From NCBI GenBank assembly GCA_964389905.1, contig CAYMGD010000001.1, positions 47,334-111,333 on the forward strand: a stretch of 64,000 nt of DNA, given 5' to 3'. This document shows, piece after piece, positions 29,343-39,449 of this stretch. This stretch comes from an uncultured Coprobacillus sp. (GTDB taxonomy: Bacteria > Bacillota_I > Bacilli_A > ML615J-28 > CAG-698). The position numbers were made by a program, and so were the translations under genes. Every line of letters starts with the position of its first letter. The stretch's first letter is position 1. The notes beneath the pieces were generated by a model. It searched no databases. It saw only the letters and a program-made list of their open reading frames with translations, and had not been told where the DNA came from.

Positions 29343-29560
29343 ATCTTATTTAATAATTTTCTAATATTTACATCTTTCTTGTTTGTAACTTTATTTTCTA
29401 TGTATTCTTTTTCAACTACTGAAGCAAAAACTCGAGAAACAGTTCTACGAGATATCTTTAGTTTCTAACTAATTGATTATGTTAGATTGAAGAATTTTTA
29501 ATTAATTCTAATAATATTCTCTTTTCATTTTCTGTTAATTCATTATTAACAAGATTTTGC
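29343..29560 (-). pseudogene. IS30-like transposase N-terminal HTH remnant (frameshifted)
   Basis: Minus-strand frames encode ELTENEKRILLELIKNSS and KISRRTVSRVFASVVEKEY, typical of the N-terminal HTH of IS30-family transposases. No downstream catalytic domain. Confidence 0.3.
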
Positions 29561-29918
29561 CATCATTTCAACTGAAATTTATTATTTTAACAAAAATATT
29601 TTTTAATAATTATTTATGACTCTAACATTAAACAAGTGTTTGAAATCGTTCTAGATGATTCAAATCCGACTGATTTTCCATCACTTAATGTATAGTTCTT
29701 TATATTAATAATATTTTATCATTTTTTATGCATAAAGTCCATATTTTTGATATTTTTATACGTTTATTTAAAAATTTAATCAGTATAAAACGTATATTTT
29801 TTCATAATTATTTACATTATACAACTTTGTTCATATAGTATTATTCTAATAATAATATAACACTATATGATAATATCATAATATACTCATATCTGTTAAA
29901 TTTTTTTTAAAATAATAG

Positions 29919-30007
29919 TTGACATTGTTATTATAAAGTAATATAATATATATAGTTAGCAACAGCTAACTAATATTTAAACATAATGGTTAGCTTGTGC
30001 TAACTTG
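29919..30007 (+). promoter_or_regulatory. feo promoter (TTGACA -17- TATAAT) followed by two palindromic TTAGC-N4-GCTAA operator-like boxes (DtxR/IdeR-type iron box candidates)
   Basis: TAGTTAGCAACAGCTAACTA (29953-29972) and GGTTAGCTTGTGCTAACTT (29988-30006) lie between the -10 and the RBS. Resemble the TTAGGTTAGCCTAACCTAA DtxR box. Confidence 0.45.
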
Positions 30008-30024
30008 CAAAAGGAGGAAAACAT

Positions 30025-30237
30025 ATGCCTTTGTTTATAGCACCACTTGATGTGAATCTAAAGATAGCAAAAGTGCTAACAGATGAAAAAACAAAAAGAC
30101 ATTTATTAAATTTAGGTATAAATGTTGGTACAGAGATTAAAGTAATATCTCACACACCAAAGGATTTAATTGTGAAAATATTAGATACAACGCTTGCACT
30201 TAATAAAGAAACAGCTTTAAAAATTATCGTTGCTTAA
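30025..30237 (+). CDS. feoA: Ferrous iron transport protein A (FeoA)
   Basis: 70 aa, SH3-like FeoA pattern. RBS AAAGGAGG. Confidence 0.7.
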   Translation: MPLFIAPLDVNLKIAKVLTDEKTKRHLLNLGINVGTEIKVISHTPKDLIVKILDTTLALNKETALKIIVA

Positions 30238-30488
30238 TGAAAGGAAGATGTGAAATGGAAAAATATTTAAATCTGTTTGTAGTAGGACAAAAAGGAAAAG
30301 TGAAAAAAATCGAAGCTGAAGGGAAAATAAAAAGAAGATTATTCGATATGGGAGTTACTCCAGGAACTGAAGTGGAACTTAAGAAACTAGCTCCTCTAGG
30401 CGATCCTATTGAAATAACTATCAGAGGATATGAATTAACACTTCGTAAGGACGAAGCAAATAAGGTATTAATGGAGGTAATTGACTAA
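30237..30488 (+). CDS. feoA: Ferrous iron transport protein A (second FeoA)
   Basis: 83 aa. KIKRRLFDMGVTPGTEVELKKLAPLGDPIEITIRGYELTLRKDEA. Confidence 0.7.
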   Translation: MKGRCEMEKYLNLFVVGQKGKVKKIEAEGKIKRRLFDMGVTPGTEVELKKLAPLGDPIEITIRGYELTLRKDEANKVLMEVID

Positions 30489-32707
30489 TGAAATTTGCTT
30501 TAGCTGGAAATCCTAACTGTGGGAAAACTACATTATTTAACAGTTTAACTGGTGCTACAGCACATGTTGGAAATTGGCCTGGTGTAACAGTAGATAAACG
30601 TGAAGGTGTCTATAAGAAGCTTCCTGAAAAAATTGATATTGTGGATTTACCTGGAATTTACTCATTAAGTCCTTATACACCAGAAGAAATTGTTTCAAGA
30701 AACTTTTTAGTTGATGAGAATCCTGATTGTATCATTAACATTGTTGATGCTACGAATTTGGAAAGAAATCTTTATTTAACTACTCAATTATTAGAGATTG
30801 ATGCTCCAGTTATCATTGCTCTAAATATGATGGATCTTGTTAAGCAAGATGGTACTACTATTCTTGTTAAGGACTTAGAAGAAAAATTTGGTGTTCCAGT
30901 TGTTGAAATAAGTGCTTTGAAGAGTGATGGTATAGACCATTTAATGAAAAAGGCATATGAAATAACTAGGAAAAAACGCCTTGGTAAAACTGTTATTCAA
31001 AACAAAGAATTGGTTAATTTAATAGAGAATACAGAACGTGCTTTTACGGGAAAAGTGAAAAGCCCACTATTTCATGCTATTAAGTTAATTGAAAATGATG
31101 AAATAGAATTAAAGAGTCATCCTGAGATTGCAAAGGAAATTGCATCAATGAAAGAAAAAGTTGATACAATGGAATTTGAAGGTGACTTTGAAGCATTAGT
31201 TGCCGATGAAAGATATAAATTTATATCTGAAAGTTTCCGTAAATCGGTTATTAAAACAAAAAAAGCTGAGAAAATCACAAAATCAGATAAAATAGATAAA
31301 GTGTTAACTCACAGAATATGGAGTATTCCTATTTTCTTAGTTATCATGTTTGTTGTATTCCATTTAGTATTTTCAGAAGATTTACTCTTCTTAAATGGTT
31401 TATTTGGACTAGAAGTATCAAGTAAAGGTTGGGTAAACTTCTTTAGTGCTATGGGATATGAAGATTTAGTTGCTGAAGCATTAGAAGCAGGAGAAGTATT
31501 TACTGGTATAGCTATACCAGCTCCAGGTGTGTTCCTCCAAAGCTGGATGGGCTGGCTTACTGGTTTACTTTCAACTCTATTTGAAAGCTTTATGCCAGAA
31601 GGCACATGGTACACTGGTTTAGTAATTGATGGCTTAATCAATGGATTATCTTCAATTTTTAGTTTTATACCTCAAGTATTATTACTATTTCTATTTATAT
31701 CTATTTTGGAAGATTCAGGATATATGGCACGTGTTGCTTTCATTATGGATAGAGCCTTCAGAAAGTTTGGACTTTCAGGAAAAGCTTTTATTCCACTTCT
31801 AATGGGTTTTGGTTGCAGCGTTCCTGCAATGATGGCTACTAAAACTTTAGAAGATGAAAAAGAACGTGATATGACAATAAGATTAGCACCATTCTTCAGT
31901 TGTGGAGCTAAAGCACCAATTTGGGCAATGTTAGCTACAGTTATAGCAGGTAGCTTCCTTGGTGACATATTTGTATTTACTATTTACTTATTAGGTATAG
32001 TGATTGCTATCGTTTCAGCAATCATTATCAAAAGCTTTAGTAAAAACTACGATGTTCCTCCATTCATCATGGAATTACCTAGTTATCACAAACCACAACT
32101 TAAAAACTTATTAGCTCACCTTTGGGAGAAATTTAAACATTTCTTATACAAAGCTTCAACAATCATTACTGCTTCAATTATCGTTATTTGGTTCTTATCG
32201 AACTTTAAATGGGCATTCTGGCAAGGAATGGTTGATATCGAAGAAAGTATGCTTGCTGATTTAGGTAAAGTATTAAAATATGTTTTCTATCCATTAGGAT
32301 GGGCAATGGGAAGCGATGGTTGGAAATATTCTGTAGCTTCAATTACAGGTTTAATTGCCAAAGAAGATGTTGTTGCCACAATGGAATCTTTAGGATTAAC
32401 AGAAGGAACAATTGCCTTATCAAATGCTGCTATTTATGCTTTTGCTTCTTACAACTTATTTACTCTTCCTTGTTTTGCAGCAGTTGCAACTGCAAAATCA
32501 GAAAGCAGCAAAAAAGGCTTTATTGTAACAATGATATGGTGGCTTTCAGCTTCTTATGTTATCTCATTAGTCGTTTACTGGTTAGGAACTTTAATTTCAT
32601 ACTCATGGATTCTAGGAATAGTAGTGATACTTGTTCTAATTGCCGCACTAGTATTTGCTGGAATATCAATTAGTAAGAAAGCAAAGAATAACCTTAGAAC
32701 AAATTAG
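30488..32707 (+). CDS. feoB: Ferrous iron transporter FeoB
   Basis: N-terminal G-domain MKFALAGNPNCGKTTLFNSLTG, DLPGIYSL. Polytopic C-terminal permease. Confidence 0.9.
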   Translation: MKFALAGNPNCGKTTLFNSLTGATAHVGNWPGVTVDKREGVYKKLPEKIDIVDLPGIYSLSPYTPEEIVSRNFLVDENPDCIINIVDATNLERNLYLTTQLLEIDAPVIIALNMMDLVKQDGTTILVKDLEEKFGVPVVEISALKSDGIDHLMKKAYEITRKKRLGKTVIQNKELVNLIENTERAFTGKVKSPLFHAIKLIENDEIELKSHPEIAKEIASMKEKVDTMEFEGDFEALVADERYKFISESFRKSVIKTKKAEKITKSDKIDKVLTHRIWSIPIFLVIMFVVFHLVFSEDLLFLNGLFGLEVSSKGWVNFFSAMGYEDLVAEALEAGEVFTGIAIPAPGVFLQSWMGWLTGLLSTLFESFMPEGTWYTGLVIDGLINGLSSIFSFIPQVLLLFLFISILEDSGYMARVAFIMDRAFRKFGLSGKAFIPLLMGFGCSVPAMMATKTLEDEKERDMTIRLAPFFSCGAKAPIWAMLATVIAGSFLGDIFVFTIYLLGIVIAIVSAIIIKSFSKNYDVPPFIMELPSYHKPQLKNLLAHLWEKFKHFLYKASTIITASIIVIWFLSNFKWAFWQGMVDIEESMLADLGKVLKYVFYPLGWAMGSDGWKYSVASITGLIAKEDVVATMESLGLTEGTIALSNAAIYAFASYNLFTLPCFAAVATAKSESSKKGFIVTMIWWLSASYVISLVVYWLGTLISYSWILGIVVILVLIAALVFAGISISKKAKNNLRTN

Positions 32708-32721
32708 GAAGGTAACATAAT

Positions 32722-32907
32722 ATGAAATGGTTTGAACCTATCATTGCTATTGTTGCTATTGGCTTAGTGTTTTTACCATTTATATTAAAAATAATAGGCA
32801 AGAAAAAAGGTAAAGTGGTATGTAGTTCAAGGTGTTGCTGCTGCCCAATGCGAAGCCAATGTTGTAAAAACACTCAACAAACTAACAACTCAAAACTTAC
32901 AGGTTAA
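32722..32907 (+). CDS. FeoB-associated Cys-rich small membrane protein
   Basis: 61 aa. One TM helix then CSSRCCCCPMRSQCC. Directly downstream of feoB. Confidence 0.6.
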   Translation: MKWFEPIIAIVAIGLVFLPFILKIIGKKKGKVVCSSRCCCCPMRSQCCKNTQQTNNSKLTG

Positions 32908-32956
32908 TACTTGTAAGTTTTTTCTTTACAAAAATGAGGAATTAAAGCAATGAAAA

Positions 32957-32975
32957 AAGATGGAAAATCCATCTT
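32957..32975. terminator. Bidirectional terminator hairpin between the convergent feo operon and the DUF4143 ATPase gene
   Basis: AAGATGGA-AAA-TCCATCTT, flanked by A/T runs. Confidence 0.45.
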
Positions 32976-32979
32976 AATA

Positions 32980-34332
32980 TTATAATAATATATCTTTGCC
33001 ATAGTTTGAAGTACTTTTAAAAAACATAACAAAGTATATAGGATAATAAGTTATTTTATTAACTGTTTTAATTTCTCTTTCATTGGAAAGAACGACACCA
33101 TGTTTAACTGGGTAATCAGAATTATTCAAAAAACGGTTAATAGCACTATGAATCATATAATCTCTTCCACTTTTGACTTCGATTGGCAAAACGCATAAAG
33201 CTTCATAATCATTTATGAGAAAGTCCACTTCACCATTTTTACGATTGTCATAGTAATATAAGTCGTGTTCCATAACTTTAAGTTCACTTGCTACAACTGT
33301 CTCATAAAGCGAACCAAGATTTATCGAACTAATACTATCCATAATAGGCTTAATATTATACTTGAATAACACATTTGAAAGTAATCCTACATCATTCATA
33401 TATAACTTCAATAAATTCTTTTCTTGAGTTTGGCATAATGGAAATACTGGCGTTGAAACGGCTCTTACTTCGTTAGAAATACCACTATTAATTAAATAAT
33501 CAAATTCATCTGTGTAATCAGAATATCGTTTTCCGTTTTTTTCTTCTATATCTTTTATAATAATTCTTTTTTTTACATTTTGCATAACTGAAGGAAGCAT
33601 CTCATATATTCTTCGTATTTTAAGCTTTCTTTCATTATCACGTTTGCTTGCATCTGCTTTATAAAATTCTATAATATCTGTTTGAAGATTTCTTATTTTC
33701 ATAACATTTTGAGTTGAAATAAATGTTTTAACACATTCAGGCATACCTCCAACAATTAAATATTTTTTAAATAAGTCGAGCAATTTATTGTGCATAGGAG
33801 GTTCAAGAGAAATTTTATTTTTGAATTTCTCTTCCAAAGAAAGTATAGCAGAATGTGAGAATCCATTAGCAATAAGAAATTCTTCGAAGTCAAGTTGATA
33901 CATTCGTTTATGAAGAATAGAACCCATAGGGATAGAAGTAGTTTCAGATAATGCAATACCAAGTTGTGATCCACTTGCAATATAACTGAAATGGTTATCT
34001 TCTCTTAAAAATTTGAGTAGAGTAAAAAATTGAGGATATTCTTGTATTTCATCAAGAAAGATAATTGTTTTTTCTTTATCTATCATTTTATCACCAGCAA
34101 TAGTGCTTAAAACAAAATAGAAATCTTTAATAGAATAAATGTTTTCAAAAATTTTATCTTTGTTTTTATCTTCAACAAAATTAATTTCAATGTAATTTTC
34201 AAATAATTCTTGAGCTACTTTGCGAATAATATAAGTTTTTCCAATTTGCTTTGCGCCATCAATTAAAAGTATTTTATCACTTTTAGATTCTAAGTGATTT
34301 CTAATATATGATTCAATCTTACGATATAGCAT
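32980..34332 (-). CDS. AAA+ ATPase with C-terminal DUF4143-like domain
   Basis: 450 aa. Walker A GAKQIGKT, Walker B IIFLDEIQ. Architecture typical of the ATPase(AAA)-DUF4143 family. Confidence 0.6.
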   Translation of the reverse strand: MLYRKIESYIRNHLESKSDKILLIDGAKQIGKTYIIRKVAQELFENYIEINFVEDKNKDKIFENIYSIKDFYFVLSTIAGDKMIDKEKTIIFLDEIQEYPQFFTLLKFLREDNHFSYIASGSQLGIALSETTSIPMGSILHKRMYQLDFEEFLIANGFSHSAILSLEEKFKNKISLEPPMHNKLLDLFKKYLIVGGMPECVKTFISTQNVMKIRNLQTDIIEFYKADASKRDNERKLKIRRIYEMLPSVMQNVKKRIIIKDIEEKNGKRYSDYTDEFDYLINSGISNEVRAVSTPVFPLCQTQEKNLLKLYMNDVGLLSNVLFKYNIKPIMDSISSINLGSLYETVVASELKVMEHDLYYYDNRKNGEVDFLINDYEALCVLPIEVKSGRDYMIHSAINRFLNNSDYPVKHGVVLSNEREIKTVNKITYYPIYFVMFFKSTSNYGKDILL

Positions 34333-34404
34333 TTTTACCTCCTCGTATAATAATTACTATACTATATATTTATACATTTTTCAATACTTTTTACACTTTA
34401 AAAA

Positions 34405-34503
34405 ACATTTTTCATATAAAAATAAGTAATAAAAAATACACTTTTCATATTAAATTAAGTAATAAAAAATACACTTTTCAAATTAAAGAAATAATGGTAA
34501 AAA
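34405..34503. repeat. Three tandem ~33-bp AT-rich direct repeats in a divergent promoter region
   Basis: ACA(T/C)TTTTCATAT(A/T)AAA(A/T)TAAGTAATAAAAAAT x2 plus a degenerate third copy. Confidence 0.6.
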
Positions 34504-34548
34504 AGACTCAAAAGGTTTATAATATACATAATGGAGGTTTTATTATGA

Positions 34549-35471
34549 GTTCATTTAAAAATATACGAATAGTTGATAACTTTTATCAAACATCATCTTT
34601 CTTTCCAATGCCTTTATGCTTAATAGGTACTTTAGATGAAAGTGGTGAAAAGACTAGTTTTGGTGCTTACTCTTTGTGTTTTCCATATTACATTGCTGGT
34701 AAAGATTATTATGCGATGATATTAGAATGTCGTAATACATCAAATACTGCAAGAGGAATACTAAGACATAGTAAGTGCTCAATTAATTTTTTAGGTTATT
34801 CGAAGAAATCATTCAAGGAACACGTTCGTTTAGGTTTTCCTGGAGATACTCCAGAAGAAAAAATGAAGGATTTTAAATTTTCTTTAGAAGAAGGTCTTAT
34901 GACAGAAGAAACTAGTGAAAAACGTCCTAAAGTTATAAAAGAAGCTTTGCAAGTTTTTGAGTGTACTTGGATAAAAGAACTAGATAATTGTGAGAATGAT
35001 AAAGTTCAAGATGAGTATGATGGACCATATCATAACTTCAATGGTATTACATCTAAATATGGTGCTCATTTTATCTTAAAAATCGATAAAATACTTATAA
35101 AAGATAAGTATTATGATGCTTTAATTAATGGCGTCAATAAAAAGAATTTCTGCCCTCTGCCAACTAATTGGGGATATCGTGATTCAATTAACTTTTGGTG
35201 CTCGGATTTCACAAAACCAAGTCCAGAACCAATACCAAATCGTGAGGTCGATTTAACATCAATTAAATATGCCGCAAACAGAGCTGATGATGTAGTTAAA
35301 TTTTCTGATGATGCTTTACAAATGCTTGTGAAAGTACCAAGACCATTTTTGAAACTTGTTTTAAAGGGTTGTGTATCTTGGGCAAAAGAGAATAACTGTA
35401 CTTTAATTACCTCAAAAGAAATGAAAATAATCAACGATAAACGATCAAAAGAAAAACAAAATAAGGAGTAA
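34549..35471 (+). CDS. Hypothetical protein with an N-terminal flavin-reductase-like domain
   Basis: RBS GGAGG before the ATG at 34549. The six-frame ORF from 34308 is an artefactual extension across the repeats. NFYQTSSFFPMPLCLIGT resembles flavin reductase-like FMN-binding domains. Confidence 0.3.
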
Positions 35472-35474
35472 CAA

Positions 35475-36095
35475 ATGAAAGTATTATTAATAAATGGTAG
35501 CCCTAACCAAAATGGATGCACAAATAGAGCTTTAGAAGAAGTGAAAAAATCATTAAACGAAGAAAGTGTTCAGGCGGATATAAAATGGATTGGAAGAGAT
35601 GCGATTAGAGGCTGTCAAGACTGTGGTGCTTGCAAGAAAATAGGAAAGTGTGTTTATGATGATATTGTTAATGAAGTGGCTAGTACTTTAGAAGAATATG
35701 ATGGTTTTGTTTTTGGTACTCCAGTATATTACGCTTCAGCATCAGGTCAAATAACATCATTTATGGATAGGTTATTCTATTCGTCGGGAAGAAAACTAAA
35801 ACACAAACCTGCTTCTATCGTTGTTTCAGCGAGACGCTCTGGCACCACAACAACTTTTGACCAACTTAACAAATACTTATCAATTAGCAGTATGCCAATT
35901 ATCACCTCTTCATATTGGAATAATGTTCATGGAAATACTAAAGAAGAAGTAGAAGCAGATTTAGAAGGCTTACAAACAATGCGTAATTTAGGTAAAAATA
36001 TGGCTTATATTTTAAAATGTATAGAAACAGGTAAAGAGAAAGGCTTAAAAGAACCTATTGATGATAGAACTTATCGAACAAACTTTATTAGATGA
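35475..36095 (+). CDS. Flavodoxin-like NAD(P)H-dependent FMN reductase / iron-sulfur flavoprotein
   Basis: MKVLLINGSPNQNGCT (NADPH-dependent FMN reductase N-terminus) and a CQDCGACKKIGKC cysteine cluster. Confidence 0.6.
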   Translation: MKVLLINGSPNQNGCTNRALEEVKKSLNEESVQADIKWIGRDAIRGCQDCGACKKIGKCVYDDIVNEVASTLEEYDGFVFGTPVYYASASGQITSFMDRLFYSSGRKLKHKPASIVVSARRSGTTTTFDQLNKYLSISSMPIITSSYWNNVHGNTKEEVEADLEGLQTMRNLGKNMAYILKCIETGKEKGLKEPIDDRTYRTNFIR

Positions 36096-36138
36096 AATTT
36101 GAGCAAAATTATATAAAAATTTTCTTTTACATTAAATT

Positions 36139-36500
36139 TTGTGTTTTGAGAATATTATAGCAATTATCGAACAATCGAAAGCACGATCTATTAGAACTGT
36201 TAATGCTGAAATGATTGAAATGTATTGGCAAATTGGAAAATATATTAGTGAAAAAAGCATATCCTATCTCGAGCGGATTTTCAGCTCAAAACATATGGAG
36301 AATGAAGCAATTTTACGAAACTTATAAGGATAGCGAAAAACTCTCACCACTGGTGAGAGAAATTACGTGGTCGAATAACCTATTGATTATGTTGTGATGC
36401 AAGACAGATGAACCAAAGGAATTTTATTTAAGACTTACTATTGCAAATGGTTATGGAAAGAGAGAACTTGCAATGCTTGCTGATGGCAAGGATGATTAAG
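36139..36500 (+). pseudogene. Third DUF1016/YhcG nuclease copy, N-terminal fragment with frameshift
   Basis: Two overlapping ORFs encode IIEQSKARSIRTVNAEMIEMYWQIGKYISEK and AYPISSGFSAQNIWRMKQFYETY, collinear with the N-terminus of 25640..26641. Nothing downstream. Confidence 0.55.
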
Positions 36501-37097
36501 AAATTCTCGACAAAGATAAAATTTGATTAACAGAAAAACTAATAAAATAATAAGAATATCTAATATTTGGCAAAATTGTTTGAAATTTTCAGTTTATTTG
36601 AAGCTTTATGCTTTAAACAATTAAATAGCCGTGAAAAAATAAAAACGATTATAAAGAAAATTATAAAAGGATTGAAATGAATTCCATAATCTTACAGATT
36701 TAGCAAAATCAATTTTCATTGAAGTGAATGAATTGTTATAATGCTTTCAATGGAGTGATAATACTATAGTAATAATACTATTAGAATTAGAAAAAATAAA
36801 AGTGGCAAAATTCTGCAGCGATAAAACAATTTTAATGATAATAACAAAAACTCAAAATGCATATTAATAAAGCCCTAGATAAAGCCCTAGAATCAATCTA
36901 GGACTTTTGTATACTATATTTTTAGTAAATTTAGGATTACCAAGTTAAAATTGTAAAAATCTCCATTCGATAACTATGAGAAAAGAAAACACATTTTAAC
37001 TATAATCGGATAGATAAAATCCCAAATCTAAATGTTTATACAACAAATGTAAATTAAATATTGGTGTAAATAGCACAGCAAAGTTTGTCTAACTATT

Positions 37098-37593
37098 TTA
37101 TTGTTTTAAGAGATCAAAAAGATATCCTTCATCAGATTTATGTTTACTATGCGTGCGATGATATTCAGTAATTGACGAAACTAATAGGTTTATATTTTCC
37201 TTAAGGTATTCTTCATAAAACAATGTTGAATTATCGTATTTCTTATGATTTAAAACAATGTTTTGTTTGCAAAAGTCTTTCGGTTTTTGTTTTGATTTAA
37301 CTTTTTCAAAATCTTGCGTTTTTCCTGCAACTATAATAAAAAGCATTTCCAGTTCAGGCTTAGTACAAAATTTTTAATGTATCTGAAAGTTTGTCACCAA
37401 TACGATAAACATTAATGTTCCCATGATAAGCAACGAGAGCAGGTTTTAATTTTGTAGATGTTAGCTGTCTTGCGTGAAAAGGTCTCATATCAAGTAATTC
37501 ATCACGAGTGAATTTTAACTTATCATTATCTAGAAGAAGATTTATAATCTTTAGTTCATTTGGCCCTTCACACATTACAAGGATTTTCATCAT
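37098..37593 (-). pseudogene. DUF4276/RloB-like (Toprim-like) protein apparently split into two ORFs (37360..37593 and 37098..37346, different frames)
   Basis: N-terminal ILVMCEGPNE resembles the vEGeTE motif of DUF4276/RloB-like partners of AAA ATPases. The start overlaps the ATPase stop (ATGA). A frameshift or stop separates the two halves. Confidence 0.35.
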
Positions 37594-38720
37594 AAGAGCT
37601 CCTTTTTAATGCTCATAAGGTCGTCATAATTTACAGCAGTATTAAATACGTTGTTGTAAAATTGACGACTTTTAGATAGTTCAGTACGTATATTATAGTT
37701 TTCGTATATGTTTTCAGAAAATATTTGTTTATCTGAACGGCAGACAAAAATATTATCTTGGCGATTAAACAAATCTAAAAGTTCACAGTAATGTGTAGAA
37801 AAATAAAGTGTTGCATTAAGTTTATTTATAGATTTATCTTTATACAAATTAATGATATTCTCAACAAGTGTTTTGTGGAAATGGTTTTCAAGTTCATCGA
37901 TAATTAGATCAAAACCAGATTTTAGCGAAGCAATAATGGTAATATAAAGTAAAAGCCCTTTTGTTGTTCCACCTGATAAGAAATATAAAAGCTCTTTATC
38001 AGAGATTATTTTATTTCCATTAGATAAAGTAAGCCTGTAATTGTGTTCATCAAGCATAGATAAACCAAGGATATTATCATCAAACAAATGAAGAGTTTTA
38101 GAAAGTATTGAATCAGAAAGTTCATATCTTTTTAATGCATTAAACATTAAACGATAAGTATCTACACCTTCTCCATCAGAGTTAAAAAACATAGCTTTTG
38201 TTTCTTTTTTCTTTAAGACAAAAAATACAATAGATGTATCTTCAGGAAGGATACCGATATTTTGAACGGGAACAAAACCTTCTTCATCGAAAATTGTTTT
38301 AGCTTTTGATTTGTAATATACTTTTTCAAATAATTCTTGATTGAAAAAAGCAGCTTTGTTGTCCAATGCTTGTGTAGAAGAAATATCAGTACAATATTTG
38401 AATATCTTACCATCGTGATAGAAGAAAAGTGTAAGATGAATGCCATTATATGTATATCTTTTATTATCTAGTGAAAAATTACCAAGGATAGAGTAAGCAC
38501 AGTCAAGTAAATCCAGGAAAGTAGTTTTGCCAGAAGCATTTTTGCCAATAAAAGCAATTGTATTATAGGTAAATAAACCATCGGCTATTTCTTGAAGTTC
38601 ATATTCCTTATCTTCAGTTGTTTTTTTTGATTTAGCAGTAAAGTCTAATATTGAATTGTTTTTTAAATTCTTAAATCCTGATATTTTTATATAAAGTAAT
38701 TTCATAATCTTTACCTTCAT
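37590..38720 (-). CDS. AAA_21/ABC-like ATPase (AbiLi / OLD-family-like defence ATPase)
   Basis: Walker A GKNASGKTTFLDLL, Walker B LIIDELENHFH. Operon with the DUF4276-like ORF. Confidence 0.55.
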   Translation of the reverse strand: MKVKIMKLLYIKISGFKNLKNNSILDFTAKSKKTTEDKEYELQEIADGLFTYNTIAFIGKNASGKTTFLDLLDCAYSILGNFSLDNKRYTYNGIHLTLFFYHDGKIFKYCTDISSTQALDNKAAFFNQELFEKVYYKSKAKTIFDEEGFVPVQNIGILPEDTSIVFFVLKKKETKAMFFNSDGEGVDTYRLMFNALKRYELSDSILSKTLHLFDDNILGLSMLDEHNYRLTLSNGNKIISDKELLYFLSGGTTKGLLLYITIIASLKSGFDLIIDELENHFHKTLVENIINLYKDKSINKLNATLYFSTHYCELLDLFNRQDNIFVCRSDKQIFSENIYENYNIRTELSKSRQFYNNVFNTAVNYDDLMSIKKELL

Positions 38721-38723
38721 ATA

Positions 38724-38930
38724 TTATATAACAAAAACTCAAAATAAACAAGTTTTTTGTTTAAGTTTATTTAAAATTATATAAATATGTACATTTAAAC
38801 AAATAATAAATGAAAAAAATACGACAAATTTTATATATAGATTATGTGGCAAAGGAAATTACAAATGTCCTATGTGAAATATAATTTTTTGTTAGAATAA
38901 TTGATACTTCCAATAAAAGATAGTTTTTGT
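38724..38930. repeat. ~200-bp imperfect direct repeat, copy 1 (partner at 41021..41195)
   Basis: Shared ATTATATAACAAAAA..AAATAAACAAGTTTTTTGTTTAAGTTTATTTAAAATTATATAAATAT ... AAATGAAAAAAATACGACAAA ... TAATTGATACTTC(C)AATAAAAGATAGTT. Confidence 0.7.
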
Positions 38931-38988
38931 AATGATATAACTGTATTGTAAATAGAAGTGATTTTATGGATTTATATAAAAGAGAAGA

Positions 38989-39252
38989 ATGCTTAAAAAT
39001 GAAAAATACGCAGGTAATGTAATACTATTTAAAACTATTAACGAAATTAATACTCATAGATATATTGAGAATATGTCAAATCTCTATAATCCTAAGTACC
39101 ATGTTGTAAATAATCATTCAGCAATTATAAGTGCTAAACAATTTGAAAAAGTAATACAAGAAATTAAACGTCGTTCTAATGTATCATACGATGAGTATGG
39201 TAAGACACATAGAAAAGAAAGTAAATATTCTAGTAAAGCAAAAAACCATTAG
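38989..39252 (+). pseudogene. Large serine recombinase, C-terminal fragment
   Basis: NEKYAGNVILFKT...YHVVNNHSAIISAKQFEKVIQEIKRR matches the conserved C-terminal block of large serine recombinases (dEkYiGdlilqKT...yyvenhHeaIIs.elFe.VQ). Stop codons immediately upstream. Confidence 0.5.
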
Positions 39253-39347
39253 GACTATTATCTTTAGTGGTCTTTATTTTTTAATCATTCGATATATTTT
39301 TTAACATTTATGATAAACTAAAAAAGTAGGCTATATAAACCTACTTC

Positions 39348-39398
39348 CCCCATAAATGGAATATTTGGATTCAGGCATTACCCAAGCCTTCCTATGGT
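39348..39398. repeat. ~50-bp direct repeat, copy 1 (partner 40455..40505), flanking the Abi_2 gene
   Basis: CCCATAAATGGAATATTTGGATTCAGGCATTACCCAAGCCTTCC(T/C)ATGGT, identical over about 45 nt. Confidence 0.8.
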
Positions 39399-39449
39399 AT
39401 ACATATTATATGTACATTATATATTATTCCTTAAAAACATAATTTAATA

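Noticed and set aside
34308-34548. N-terminal 80 codons of the six-frame ORF 34308..35471 (IKISNKKYTFHIKLSNKKYTFQIK)
   Set aside because: Translation of the tandem 33-bp promoter repeats. The real start is the ATG at 34549, which has a GGAGG RBS.
39348-39398. Considered that the 50-bp direct repeat flanking the Abi_2 gene is a duplicated tRNA 3' end (att site)
   Set aside because: The repeat has no GGTTCGA-type T-arm or CCA-proximal acceptor features. More likely a recombination-site duplication or repeat-family element.
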